Positions 30,370 to 39,824 of a DNA stretch of 64,000 nucleotides are shown here, one piece after another. Made by a program: the position numbers and the translations under genes. Source of the stretch: an uncultured bacterium (GTDB taxonomy: Bacteria > Deinococcota > Deinococci > Deinococcales > Trueperaceae). A model generated the notes under the pieces. It was not told the origin of the DNA. It searched no databases and saw only the letters and a program-made list of their open reading frames with translations. Each line of letters opens with the position of its first letter. Positions within the stretch are counted from its first letter, which is position 1. The stretch covers positions 8,009 through 72,008 of the forward strand of contig CAZVTS010000001.1 of NCBI GenBank assembly GCA_964630175.1, in the 5' to 3' direction.

Positions 30370-31521
30370 TCAGGTGGTGTAGTCGGCGTTTATGCGTACG
30401 TACTCGGCAGACATGTCGCAACCCCACGCCTCCGCGGTGGCCGAGCCAGCCGCCAGGTCCACTTCCAGCAGCACTTGCTCCGATCTGAGCGCGGCCGAGA
30501 CCTGGGCCTCATCGAACGGCAGCGGCTCGCCCAGGTAGAGCTCGAAGCCCTGGGCGGCAACGCGCACCCTGGTGGGGTCGCTGGCGGCGCCGGAGCGGCC
30601 CGCCGCAGCCAGGATCCTGCCCCAGTTCGGGTCGGCCCCGTGCACGGCGGTCTTCACGAGCGAGCTGCCCGCCACGGTCTTGGCGGCGGCCCGCGCCTCG
30701 GCCTCGGAGGCCGCGCCCGTGACCCGCACCGTCATGAGCCTGGTGGCACCCTCGCCGTCGCGGGCGATCTGCTTGGCCAGGCTCACGCACACTTCGGTCA
30801 GGGCGCGCTTCAGGTCGGCCGTCTCGCAGGGCACCAGGCCCGTGGTGAACACGATGGCCATGTCGTTCGTGCTGGTATCGCCGTCCACCGTCAGCTGGTT
30901 GAACGAGTTGGTGACCACCGCGGGCCACAGCGCGTCGAGCGTGGCCTGATCCACCTGCGCGTCCGTGGTGATGAACGCCAGCATGGTGGCCATGTTGGGG
31001 TGGATCATGCCGGAGCCCTTGGTGACGCCCAACACGCGGGCGCCGCCCGGCACCTCCGCCTCAGCCACCTTCGTCACCAGGTCCGTGGTGAGGATGGCGC
31101 GGGCGAACGTATCGGCGCTGTCGCCGAGCTCGGCCTTCACCTTGGGCAGCCCCGCCAGCAACCCTTCCATGGGCATGGGCCGTCCGATGATGCCGGTGCT
31201 GGCGGTGAGGACGGCGTCTGACGACACGTCCAGTTCGCGTGCCATGGCAGCGGCGTACGCCTCGTTGTCGCGGGCGCCCGCGGCGCCGTTGGCGCAATTG
31301 GCGTTACCGCTGTTGATGACGATGGCCCGCACCGGACCGCCGGCCTGGTACAGCTGGCGGTTCCGGGTGACGCAGGGCGCCTGCACCACGTTGGTGGTGC
31401 CCGTGAACGCCCACACAAGTGGGGCCGCCGAGTACAGCAGCGCCACGTCAGGCCTGCCGGAGCGCTTCAGCCCCGCGCTTATGCCTGCCGCCTGAAAACC
31501 TTCGGGTAACTTCATGGCCAC
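30370..31521 (-). CDS. argJ: Bifunctional glutamate N-acetyltransferase / amino-acid acetyltransferase
   Basis: Autoprocessing site PNMATMLAFITTDA and ArgJ family motifs (GFQAAGISAGLK, NSGNANC). Confidence 0.93.
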   Translation of the reverse strand: MAMKLPEGFQAAGISAGLKRSGRPDVALLYSAAPLVWAFTGTTNVVQAPCVTRNRQLYQAGGPVRAIVINSGNANCANGAAGARDNEAYAAAMARELDVSSDAVLTASTGIIGRPMPMEGLLAGLPKVKAELGDSADTFARAILTTDLVTKVAEAEVPGGARVLGVTKGSGMIHPNMATMLAFITTDAQVDQATLDALWPAVVTNSFNQLTVDGDTSTNDMAIVFTTGLVPCETADLKRALTEVCVSLAKQIARDGEGATRLMTVRVTGAASEAEARAAAKTVAGSSLVKTAVHGADPNWGRILAAAGRSGAASDPTRVRVAAQGFELYLGEPLPFDEAQVSAALRSEQVLLEVDLAAGSATAEAWGCDMSAEYVRINADYTT

Positions 31522-32600
31522 ATCCCTGCCTCCATCAGACCCGCCGTCTCGGGGAAGCCGAACGCAGCGTTGAAACCTTGCACCGCCTGACCCGCGGCGC
31601 CCTTGCCCAGGTTGTCCAGCACGCAGAACACGAGCGCGTGGCCGCTACGGGCGTCCACGTGTGCGCTCAGGATGGCGCGGTCGCTGCCTGCCACCGCCTT
31701 GGTCTGGGGCAGCTGCGCCTGAACGCTCACCAGCGGATCGCCCTCGTAATACTCACCTAGTAGCGCCAGCAGCTTCGCCGTGCTCAGGCCGGTACCCTCA
31801 CCAAGTCTCACCGTGCAGGTGGCGAGGATGCCGCGCGTCATGGGCACGAGGTGCGGGGTGAAGCTGACGCGCGGCTGCGTGAACGCACCGTGGGTGCTCA
31901 GCTTCTTGGCGTTCCCTGCAGCGGCCGCAGCGGCCGCTCGCCCAGCAGTGGCCTCCATCTCGGCTGTGTGCCTGTGGGTGCCGCTTGGCTTGTACGCCTT
32001 CACGTTCTCGTTCAGCTCCGAGTAGGTGAAGCCCTCACCGGGCGTGCGACCGGCGCCGGACGCCCCGGTGAGCACCGTCACCACCACGCTGGAGCCCAGG
32101 AGCCCGGCGGCTGCCAACGGTGCGAGGGAGAGGGAGCCGGCGGTGGCGTTGCAACCCGGGCTGGCCACCAGACGGGCGCCCGGCAGCTCGTGGCGGTGCA
32201 ACTCCACCAGGCCGTAGCGCGCCTGCTCGTACAGCTCGGGGTGCGGGTGCGGCGCCCCGTACCACTGGGCGTAGGTGGCGGGCTCCAAGCGGAAGTCGGC
32301 AGAGAGGTCCACCACCCGCTTGCCGGCAGCCAGGGCCTGCGCCACCAGCGGCGCAGTGGCGCCGTGCGGCGTGGCGAAGAAGAGCACGTCGGAGCGGGCG
32401 ATGACGGTGTCCGTGTCCTCGAACCGCACCCCCGGCAGCAGCCCGGCGAACTGCGGCCAGCACGCGCCCACGTCCTGACCGAGGTACTGGCGCGAGCCGA
32501 GCGCCAGGGCCCCCACCTCAGGGTGCTGCGAGAGGCGCTGGATGAGGCCGGCCCCACCGTAGCCGCTGGCCCCCAGGATGCCCGCGGTCAGGCCGCTCAC
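31512..32600 (-). CDS. argC: N-acetyl-gamma-glutamyl-phosphate reductase
   Basis: NAD motif ILGASGYGG and a catalytic Cys region (SPGCNATA). GTG start at 32600 in a GTGA overlap with the argF stop. Confidence 0.9.
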   Translation of the reverse strand: MSGLTAGILGASGYGGAGLIQRLSQHPEVGALALGSRQYLGQDVGACWPQFAGLLPGVRFEDTDTVIARSDVLFFATPHGATAPLVAQALAAGKRVVDLSADFRLEPATYAQWYGAPHPHPELYEQARYGLVELHRHELPGARLVASPGCNATAGSLSLAPLAAAGLLGSSVVVTVLTGASGAGRTPGEGFTYSELNENVKAYKPSGTHRHTAEMEATAGRAAAAAAAGNAKKLSTHGAFTQPRVSFTPHLVPMTRGILATCTVRLGEGTGLSTAKLLALLGEYYEGDPLVSVQAQLPQTKAVAGSDRAILSAHVDARSGHALVFCVLDNLGKGAAGQAVQGFNAAFGFPETAGLMEAGMWP

Positions 32601-33550
32601 TGGGCGGGCGCCTCCCCACCAAGTAGCTGGAAGAGGATGGCCTTGTGGGCGTGCAGGCGGTTCTCGGCCTGGTCGAACACCACGCTCCGCGCGTGATGGA
32701 CGGCCTCCTCCGTGCACTCCTCGCCGTAATGGGCGGGAAGGTCGTGCATGAACACGCCCTCGGGGCTAAGCGTTTCGAACCACTCCGGGGTGATCGTGTA
32801 GCCGGCGAAGTCTTCGCGGCGCCTCTCCGTGTCTTCCTCCATGCCCATGGAGACCCACACGTCAGTGTAGAGCGCGTGGGCTCCCTCCACTGCGGCGCGC
32901 GGGTCGTGCTCCACGTGGACGACCCCACCCCTGGCGCGGGCGCTCTCCAGCACCTGCGCGTCGGGTTCGTAGCCGGGTGGGCACGCCACCGTGAGGTGGA
33001 CGCCCGTCAAGGCGGCGGCGTTGATGTGAGAGTTGCAGACGTTGTTGCCGTCGCCCACGAAGGTCAGCTTGAGCCCGTCGACGGCGCCGAAGCGCTCCAA
33101 GAGCGTTATGTAGTCGGCCACCACCTGGGTGGGGTGCAGCAGGTCCGAGAGGCCGTTGATGACCGGCACGCTAGCGTTGGCGGCCAGTTCGACCACCGTA
33201 TGGTGAGCGTGGGTGCGCGCCATGATGCCGTCCACCCAGCGGCTCAGGTTGCAGGCGATGTCTCTCACCGTCTCGCGTACGCCCAGGCCGATCTGCTGCT
33301 GATCCAGCAGCACCGCGTGGCCTCCGAGCTGGAACATGGCCAGGTCGAACGTGGTGCGGGTGCGTAGCGACGGCTTCTCGAACACGAGCGCCAGGCTGCG
33401 CTGGTGCAGGTAGGCCGGTCTGACGCCGGCCGCCCAGTTCCGCTTCAGCTGCACTGCGCTGGTGAGCAGGCCACCGAACTCCTCGTGGGTCAGGTCGGCC
33501 AGGGAAAGCAGGTTGCGCCCGGTCAGGCTTTTGATGCGAAGCGGCTCCAT
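32597..33550 (-). CDS. argF: Ornithine carbamoyltransferase (variant HDLP motif)
   Basis: Carbamoyl-phosphate motif SLRTRTTF, plus HPTQ and DVWVSMG. The usual HCLP reads HDLP here. ATG at 33550 (MEPLRIKSLTGRNLLSL). Confidence 0.88.
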   Translation of the reverse strand: MEPLRIKSLTGRNLLSLADLTHEEFGGLLTSAVQLKRNWAAGVRPAYLHQRSLALVFEKPSLRTRTTFDLAMFQLGGHAVLLDQQQIGLGVRETVRDIACNLSRWVDGIMARTHAHHTVVELAANASVPVINGLSDLLHPTQVVADYITLLERFGAVDGLKLTFVGDGNNVCNSHINAAALTGVHLTVACPPGYEPDAQVLESARARGGVVHVEHDPRAAVEGAHALYTDVWVSMGMEEDTERRREDFAGYTITPEWFETLSPEGVFMHDLPAHYGEECTEEAVHHARSVVFDQAENRLHAHKAILFQLLGGEAPAQ

Positions 33551-33692
33551 CGTGCTCCTATCGGGGTCTGGGCGCACTCTACCTGTGAGGGTGGCTGCGG
33601 GTGCTCTGCGCCTCGTGGCTCCGGCGCGCGCCCAAACAGAGCGTCGCCAACGCCAGGGGTCGGCGACGAATGCGGAACACTCTAACACCAAC

Positions 33693-33717
33693 TGCATGAC
33701 TATGCACAAGTGTGCAT
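33693..33717 (-). promoter_or_regulatory. ARG-box-like overlapping palindromes upstream of argF
   Basis: TGCAT-GACT-ATGCA overlaps ATGCACA-AG-TGTGCAT, about 145 nt upstream of the argF ATG. AT-rich relative to the surrounding sequence. Confidence 0.45.
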
Positions 33718-33775
33718 AAGAGTAGCCGCTCGATGTAGTGGATCTGGGGCCCTGAGCGGGGCCGGAAGCTTACGT

Positions 33776-34933
33776 TCAGTTGCCCAGCAACAGGCCGAAG
33801 TACCAGGCTATGACGGCGTCTCCGAAGAAGAGAGCCAAAAGTGCGCCGGCCAGCAGGTAGGGCCCGAAGGGGATGAGTCTGCCTCCGCCGGCTATACGTT
33901 GCACTATGCCGAAGAGGGCTCCCAAGCTCACCGCCAGGAAGAGCCCGACGAGGAACTTCTCCCAGCCCAGAAAGGCGCCCAGCACGGCAGCCAGCTTCAC
34001 GTCGCCGAAGCCCATGGCCACGGGCTCGGCGGCTTCCTCCGCCGCTGGCTCCGCCTGCGCCTCGGGTTGCGCTTCGGGCCGCACCATGTCGTGCACCCAC
34101 CAGTAAAGCGCCCCGATGAGCGCCCACGCGCCGGCGGCCATGACGCTGCCGGCCACGGCCGTCACCGTGGGCACGGTGAACGTGGTGGTGCTCAGCACCA
34201 GTGCCACCAGCCAGAGGCCGTAAGCGAGAGGCTCCGGCAGGCGCAGTATGCGTCTGGAGAACAGGTTGGCGAGCAGGCTCACGCCACCGGCCGCCACGCC
34301 CACCCACACGCCGCCCACGGCGCCCGCCACGGCAGCCAAGTTGGTCTGGTCGAGGCTGAAGGGGAAGAGACGCTCCTTGGTGTCCGCGAAGCGCCTCAGC
34401 ACCAGGGCGCCCAGGCGGTTGATGAGCACCAGCACCCCCGCGCCCGTGAGGGCACCGGCCAGGGCCTCCACAGGCAGTGGCAGGTCCGGCGCGGCGCCCA
34501 TGAGGAACGAGCCCGCCAGCGCCACCGCCAGGGCGCCGAACGTGAGCACGTCCGGCAGGATGAAGTGATCGATGTCGATGATGGCGGCCATGGTGAGCAT
34601 CGCCACCACCACCAGCAGCGGCAGCACCGCCCAGCCGTAGTCGAGCGGCGACCAGCGCCACACGAGCACCACGAAGAGCGCCGCCATGAGCGCCTCTACC
34701 AGCGGGTAGCGCACGGAGATGGGCTGCTTGCAGTTGCGGCAGCGACCTCGGAGCGCCAACCACGAGAGGATGGGCACCAGTTCCAGGGGCCCAAGGCGCC
34801 TGTTGCAGTTGGGGCAGTGACTGCCGGGATGCACCACTGATTCGCGGCGCGGCACGCGCCAGATGACGACGTTGCCGAAAGAACCGATGAGCGAGCCGAG
34901 GACGCCCGCGATGACGAGGAGGAAGGACGTCAT
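33776..34933 (-). CDS. pilD: Prepilin peptidase / N-methyltransferase (A24 family)
   Basis: Zn-finger CPNC...CRNC, catalytic GFGDVKL motif and multiple TM helices. ATG at 34933 (MTSFLLVIAGVLGSLIGSF). Confidence 0.88.
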   Translation of the reverse strand: MTSFLLVIAGVLGSLIGSFGNVVIWRVPRRESVVHPGSHCPNCNRRLGPLELVPILSWLALRGRCRNCKQPISVRYPLVEALMAALFVVLVWRWSPLDYGWAVLPLLVVVAMLTMAAIIDIDHFILPDVLTFGALAVALAGSFLMGAAPDLPLPVEALAGALTGAGVLVLINRLGALVLRRFADTKERLFPFSLDQTNLAAVAGAVGGVWVGVAAGGVSLLANLFSRRILRLPEPLAYGLWLVALVLSTTTFTVPTVTAVAGSVMAAGAWALIGALYWWVHDMVRPEAQPEAQAEPAAEEAAEPVAMGFGDVKLAAVLGAFLGWEKFLVGLFLAVSLGALFGIVQRIAGGGRLIPFGPYLLAGALLALFFGDAVIAWYFGLLLGN

Positions 34934-35042
34934 GCGCGGGGTCGCTCGGGCTGGTTGAAGCAGAACGGTTCGGAAGAAGTAAGCACCAGGTGCGCCCTTT
35001 CGAAGGCGGTTCTCATCATCGCGGTGGTAAACTCCTGGCGCT

Positions 35043-35540
35043 ATGAGAAGACTCACCCTGCTCGGTATAGCCGCAGCCGCCCTGCTTGCTCTGTTCGCCT
35101 CCAACCTAACGGCGCAGGAGCGCCCCTCACGCGTCGTTTACGTCAACTCGCAGGCCGCCCTGTACGCCCACCCGATGGGCGCGCAGATAGACGCCCTCAA
35201 CGCCCAGGCCCGAGCCGAGATCGGTGACCTGGTGAACTCCATCCAGGCGCTCGAGCAGAAGGCCGCGAGCGGCCAGCAGCTCACGGCTGACGAAGCGGAC
35301 CGTTACGCCACGCTGCAGACGACGGTCATGGCGGTCGACGCCCGCTACAAGGAAGAGATCGCGGCGGTGGCCGAACCGGCCCGCCAGGCCGTCAACGACG
35401 TGCTCGCCGCGCTCGCCGACGAGATCGGTTACACCATGGTGCTGGACTCGCAGGCGGCGTACGACACGGGCCTGGTGGTTTACGCTGACCCGTCGCTGGA
35501 CATCACCCAGATGGTCATCGACCGCGTGAAGGGCAACTGA
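35043..35540 (+). CDS. OmpH/Skp family periplasmic chaperone
   Basis: Signal peptide (MRRLTLLGIAAAALLALFA), a coiled-coil body and the C-terminal DITQMVIDRV pattern of OmpH proteins. Confidence 0.8.
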   Translation: MRRLTLLGIAAAALLALFASNLTAQERPSRVVYVNSQAALYAHPMGAQIDALNAQARAEIGDLVNSIQALEQKAASGQQLTADEADRYATLQTTVMAVDARYKEEIAAVAEPARQAVNDVLAALADEIGYTMVLDSQAAYDTGLVVYADPSLDITQMVIDRVKGN

Positions 35541-35547
35541 GACCCGA

Positions 35548-36294
35548 CTAGCTGCCTGGCTCTTCGCTCCACGACCTGACCAGGGCGCGCTCCTCATCCG
35601 TGAGGGGCGCGCTTTCTAGTAACTCCGGGCGGCGCTCGAACGTGCGTCTGAGGGCCTGCTCACGGCGCCAGGCGGCCACGTTCCCGTGATGGCCCGAGAG
35701 GAGCACCTCGGGCACCTCGAGCCCCTCGTACTCGGCCGGGCGCGTGAACTCCGGGTAGTCGAGCAGGCCCGCGCTGAAAGACTCCTGAACGTGACTGTCG
35801 GCGTCGCCCAGCGCGCCGGGCAGGAGCCGCGTGACCGCTTCCAGGATCACCAGGGCCGGCAACTCGCCGCCCATGAGAACGTAATCGCCGATGGACACCT
35901 CACGTGTTACCAGCTTCTCTGTGCGGGCGTCGAAGCCCTCGTAACGCCCCGCCAGGAGCGCCACGTGCTCAAGGCCCGCCAACTCCTGCACCAGTGCCTG
36001 GGTGAGCGGCTGGCCGGCGGGGGAGAGCAGGATGGTTTCGCTGGGCGGCGGGTCGTCATGCGCCAGTTCCTCTAACGCCTGGCCGGCTACGTCCACGCGC
36101 ATGACCATGCCGGCGCCGCCCCCGTACGGGGTGTCGTCCACGCGGCCCGTGCGGTTGCCTGCGAAGCGGCGCAGGTCGCGCACCTCCACCTGCACCAGGC
36201 CCTTCTGCAGGGCGCGGGCCAGGAGGGCCTCCTGCAGGTACGGGAGGATGAGGTCCGGGAACAGCGTGTAGATGGTGAAACGCAAGGTGGCCAC
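35548..36294 (-). CDS. trmD: tRNA (guanine37-N1)-methyltransferase
   Basis: Motifs DDTPYGGGAGMVM and SIGDYVLMGGELPALV. Operon context with rimM and rpsP. Confidence 0.95.
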   Translation of the reverse strand: MATLRFTIYTLFPDLILPYLQEALLARALQKGLVQVEVRDLRRFAGNRTGRVDDTPYGGGAGMVMRVDVAGQALEELAHDDPPPSETILLSPAGQPLTQALVQELAGLEHVALLAGRYEGFDARTEKLVTREVSIGDYVLMGGELPALVILEAVTRLLPGALGDADSHVQESFSAGLLDYPEFTRPAEYEGLEVPEVLLSGHHGNVAAWRREQALRRTFERRPELLESAPLTDEERALVRSWSEEPGS

Positions 36295-36326
36295 TCCTCG
36301 TGGTGTTACGCGGGCCGCCGCTGACG

Positions 36327-36923
36327 TCAGCCGGGCTCTACTAGCCCCTCGGGCGGGTCGGTCAGCTCCAGCGCGGATTCGGTGAGGTCAACGTAGGGCG
36401 CCTGCAGCGGCACGAGTGAGCGCCTTGGTCCGTCGGCGGTGGGGAGCGTGACCTCCAGCACCGGGTTGGCGCTGTCCAGCAGCGCGGCCGACACCTCGCC
36501 GACCTGCACGCCGTTCAACGTTACGGGGAGGCCGATCAGGCGCTCCTCGGTGGAGCCCGCCTCGACCTCGGCGGTCAGCTCCTCGGCCAGTTCTCCAGGC
36601 AGACGGGCTGGGTCGACCCAGAGCGTGGCGTTCACGAGCGTCTGGGCGGCGTTGCGGTCGCGCACGCCCTCCAGCTGCAAGAGCAGGGAACCGCCGCTCT
36701 CGTAAAGTCGCCGCACCCGCACGTTGCCGAGGCCCGACACGAACAGGCTGCCGCTCGCGTGAATAGCGCGTACGCCCACCGGTTCGGCGCCGTCGTCGTA
36801 GGCGTACGAGACGGCCTCGTCGAGTAGTAGCCGGAGCGCGCCCTCCAGTTGGAAAGTACGCCCCAGACGGCCGAGCCTCAGGTACGTTCCCGGCGGCTTG
36901 GCGGCTGTGGGGTCTAGCGCCAT
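36327..36923 (-). CDS. rimM: 16S rRNA processing protein RimM
   Basis: Motifs LRLGRLGRTFQLEGAL and PRC-barrel C-terminus (LIGLPV...G.VGEV). ATG at 36923. Operon context supports the call. Confidence 0.85.
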   Translation of the reverse strand: MALDPTAAKPPGTYLRLGRLGRTFQLEGALRLLLDEAVSYAYDDGAEPVGVRAIHASGSLFVSGLGNVRVRRLYESGGSLLLQLEGVRDRNAAQTLVNATLWVDPARLPGELAEELTAEVEAGSTEERLIGLPVTLNGVQVGEVSAALLDSANPVLEVTLPTADGPRRSLVPLQAPYVDLTESALELTDPPEGLVEPG

Positions 36924-36966
36924 GGGTTGGGTAGCTGAACGGACGGAAGCGGTTCCATCCGAGGGT

Positions 36967-37197
36967 TCACTCCAGCAGCTGTATCTCGACCCGCTGCCTA
37001 CCGTCGGCGGCGGCGCGAGCCAGCGTGCGGACCGCGTTGATGAGCCGGCCGCCGCGGCCGATGATGCGGCCCACGTCGTCCTCGGCGCAGGTGACCTCGA
37101 TGCGGACGTTACGGCCGTCACCGGCCACCCTGACGTCGAGCTGATCGGGCTCGGCGACTAGGTTCTGCAGGATGAACGTGACCAGTTCGGCTGGCAT
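36967..37197 (-). CDS. KH-domain RNA-binding protein (UPF0109/YlqC)
   Basis: GRIIGRGGR KH motif, 76 aa, in the conserved position between rpsP and rimM. Confidence 0.85.
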   Translation of the reverse strand: MPAELVTFILQNLVAEPDQLDVRVAGDGRNVRIEVTCAEDDVGRIIGRGGRLINAVRTLARAAADGRQRVEIQLLE

Positions 37198-37254
37198 GCG
37201 GGCCTCCGCGGCAACAGGTTTGCTTACAGCGAGCTTACAGCAAGCAGTTCAGGC

Positions 37255-37560
37255 TCAGGCCTGAGTCTCTTGGCGCTTCACGTAGTTGGCGCGCCGCTTC
37301 GCCTGAAGGCGGGCCGGGAGTTCCACGCCGGTGCGCTCCATGAGGCGCAGCGCCGTGTCGGTGGGCTGGGCGCCGTTGGCCAGCCAGTGGCCGGCACGCT
37401 CGACGTCTACGCGCAGGCTCTCTTCGGTGGTGTTGCGCGGATCGTAGTAACCGATCTGCTCGATGTAATCGCCGCTACGCTTGGTGCGGCCGTCGACGAC
37501 TACGAGGCGGTAATGCGGGTTCTTCATGGAGCCCATGCGCATCAGGCGGATCTTGACCAT
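37255..37560 (-). CDS. rpsP: 30S ribosomal protein S16
   Basis: Reads [41 protein letters not shown]. Confidence 0.95.
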   Translation of the reverse strand: MVKIRLMRMGSMKNPHYRLVVVDGRTKRSGDYIEQIGYYDPRNTTEESLRVDVERAGHWLANGAQPTDTALRLMERTGVELPARLQAKRRANYVKRQETQA

Positions 37561-37718
37561 AATCTGTTGACTTCCTCCGTGGTTCTCTCGTTACTTGTTG
37601 GTTAGTGGCGGGCTACGCCCGAGGGGCGGCCCACGTCAAGCCACCCAGTGTACACGCAGCCGGCCCTCAGCACAAACGCATGTGCTGGTTCAGGGCGAGG
37701 CCGGGCCGCTGACTCGAC

Positions 37719-39032
37719 TCAGGCTCTGAGCCCCCGGCGACCCCGTCCGGGCGGGCGCCGGCCCATGCGCTTCATGAGCTTGCGCATCTCGTCGTAGTTC
37801 TTGATGAGGCGGTTCACGTCCTGCACGGTGGTGCCCGAACCGCGCGCGATGCGCTTGCGGCGGCTGGCGTTGAGGATCTTGGGCGCCGCGCGTTCCTTCT
37901 CCGTCATGCTCGAGATGATGGCCTCCACGCGACCGATCTCGCGCTCGTCGATGTCCGCGCCGGGCGGCAGCATCTTGCCGGCCCCGGGGATCATCTTCAG
38001 CACGTCCGAGAAGGAGCCCATCTGCTTGATCTTGCGCATCTGGGTGAGCATGTCCTGAAGCGTGAAATCGCCCAGGTTGCGCATCTCCCGGTCGTCATCG
38101 TCGTCCTCGAGCTGCCGCGCCTTCTCGATGAGGGTGAGCATGTCGCCCATGCCGAGGATGCGGCCGGCCACGCGGTCCGGATGGAACGGTTCCAGCCCGT
38201 CGATCTTCTCGCTCATGCCGGCGAAGAAGATGGGTTTGCCGGTGACGTGCTTGGCGGAGAGCGCTGCGCCGCCGCGCGCGTCGCCGTCCAGCTTGGTCAT
38301 GATGAGGCCGGACACGCCGATCTGCTCATCGAACGCGGTTGCCACGGGCAGCGACTGCTGGCCCGTCATGGCGTCCACCACCAGCACCTTCTCGGTCGGC
38401 TCCAGCCGGCTACTCAGCTCGGAGAGTTCCGTCATGAGCGAGTCGTCTATCTGCAGGCGCCCCGCGGTGTCCACGATCACGAGGTCGCGGAAGTCCTTGC
38501 GCAGGTGCTCCTTCAGGCGCGCGGCAACGGCGGCGGGCGCCTCGTTGTCGTTGACCTCGAACACCGGCACGCCGATCTGGCTGCCGAGCGTCTTGAGTTG
38601 CTCGCGCGCCGCGGGCCGCTGGGTGTCGGCCGCCACCAGGAGCACCCTGCGCCCCTGCGACTTGTAGCGGTACGCCAGCTTGCCGGCCGTGGTGGTCTTG
38701 CCGGCACCCTGCAGGCCCATGAGGAGCCAGATGTTGCCTTCGGACTTGAGCGTGGGCTGCACGGCCTTGCCGCCGAGCACGTCGACCAGTTCCTCGTGCA
38801 CGATGGCCACCACGCGCTGCTCGGGGTTGAGGGACATGAGCACTTCGGAGCCCACGGCCTTCTCCTGCACGCGCTTGGTGAAGTCGCGGGCCACCTCGAG
38901 GTTGACGTCGGCCTCGAGCAGGGCCACGCGCACCTCGCGCAGAGCGGCCTTCACGTCGGCCTCCGTCAGGCGGCCGCGGCCGCGTAGACCATCGAACACC
39001 GATTGGAGGCGATCACCAAGACTCTGGAACAT
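37719..39032 (-). CDS. ffh: Signal recognition particle protein Ffh
   Basis: NG domain ([20 protein letters not shown]) and a Met-rich M domain. ATG at 39032 ([18 protein letters not shown]). Confidence 0.95.
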   Translation of the reverse strand: MFQSLGDRLQSVFDGLRGRGRLTEADVKAALREVRVALLEADVNLEVARDFTKRVQEKAVGSEVLMSLNPEQRVVAIVHEELVDVLGGKAVQPTLKSEGNIWLLMGLQGAGKTTTAGKLAYRYKSQGRRVLLVAADTQRPAAREQLKTLGSQIGVPVFEVNDNEAPAAVAARLKEHLRKDFRDLVIVDTAGRLQIDDSLMTELSELSSRLEPTEKVLVVDAMTGQQSLPVATAFDEQIGVSGLIMTKLDGDARGGAALSAKHVTGKPIFFAGMSEKIDGLEPFHPDRVAGRILGMGDMLTLIEKARQLEDDDDDREMRNLGDFTLQDMLTQMRKIKQMGSFSDVLKMIPGAGKMLPPGADIDEREIGRVEAIISSMTEKERAAPKILNASRRKRIARGSGTTVQDVNRLIKNYDEMRKLMKRMGRRPPGRGRRGLRA

Positions 39033-39297
39033 TCTCTCTCCGTTACTCAAGAGGCGGCTCTGCCGCCGAACTGGCGCTGCTGCGTTGACTACCGGCTTGG
39101 TGGGAGCGCCGGGCGGCTCCCGGCCGGCCGTCCACCGACCGAAGGGGACCGTCCTCAAGCGTAGCGGCTGGCCGGTTGGAGGGTCAAGCTGCGGTGGTGG
39201 CGCGGCGCCGCGCACGTGCTGGCCACGGACGCTCGGCACCCACCCGCGCTGCGCCGCCGGGACGAAAGCTCATGGGGGGCGGTGCTAGACTCTGAGC

Positions 39298-39819
39298 ATG
39301 ACGAACCTGGGCGCCGGCTCCGCACTGCAAGCCTCACGCGTAACCCCGACGGCACGCCTGCTGCGCGGTTGTGTAGCCGCGCTGACGCTGGTGCTAGCGC
39401 TACCGCTTCTAACCGTGGCGCGCGCTCAGCTGCTCGCCGAGGTCATGACCGTTACTGCCATCCAGGCCCAGTTCAACAGCGCGGTGTCGTTCCCGCGTGG
39501 CACGCTCAGAGCCACAGGCGCCGGGGTGGACGTCATCCTGAGGCGGGTCGAGGGGGCGTCGGCCTGGACGGACTGGGAGGCCTACACGTTGGGTGGCGTT
39601 GCCACCAGCCTGGCGGGCGCAATCGACCACCAGGTCACCACGGCATACGCGGTAGCCGGTTACTTCGAAGAGAGCCGCACCCAGCACACAGTCCAGGGCC
39701 CGATGGGACCCGAGACCCATACACGCATCGTCTACGCGGGCCCCGAAGGCGGGCAGCGCCTGCTCTACTTCGTGAAGGCTGGCCAGGAGGTCGTGTGGCT
39801 CACGGCGCGCTCGCGCTGA
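39298..39819 (+). CDS. Secreted hypothetical protein
   Basis: Signal peptide (LLRGCVAALTLVLALPLLTVARAQ). No family recognised. It immediately precedes the TPR gene. Confidence 0.5.
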   Translation: MTNLGAGSALQASRVTPTARLLRGCVAALTLVLALPLLTVARAQLLAEVMTVTAIQAQFNSAVSFPRGTLRATGAGVDVILRRVEGASAWTDWEAYTLGGVATSLAGAIDHQVTTAYAVAGYFEESRTQHTVQGPMGPETHTRIVYAGPEGGQRLLYFVKAGQEVVWLTARSR

Positions 39820-39824
39820 GAGCC

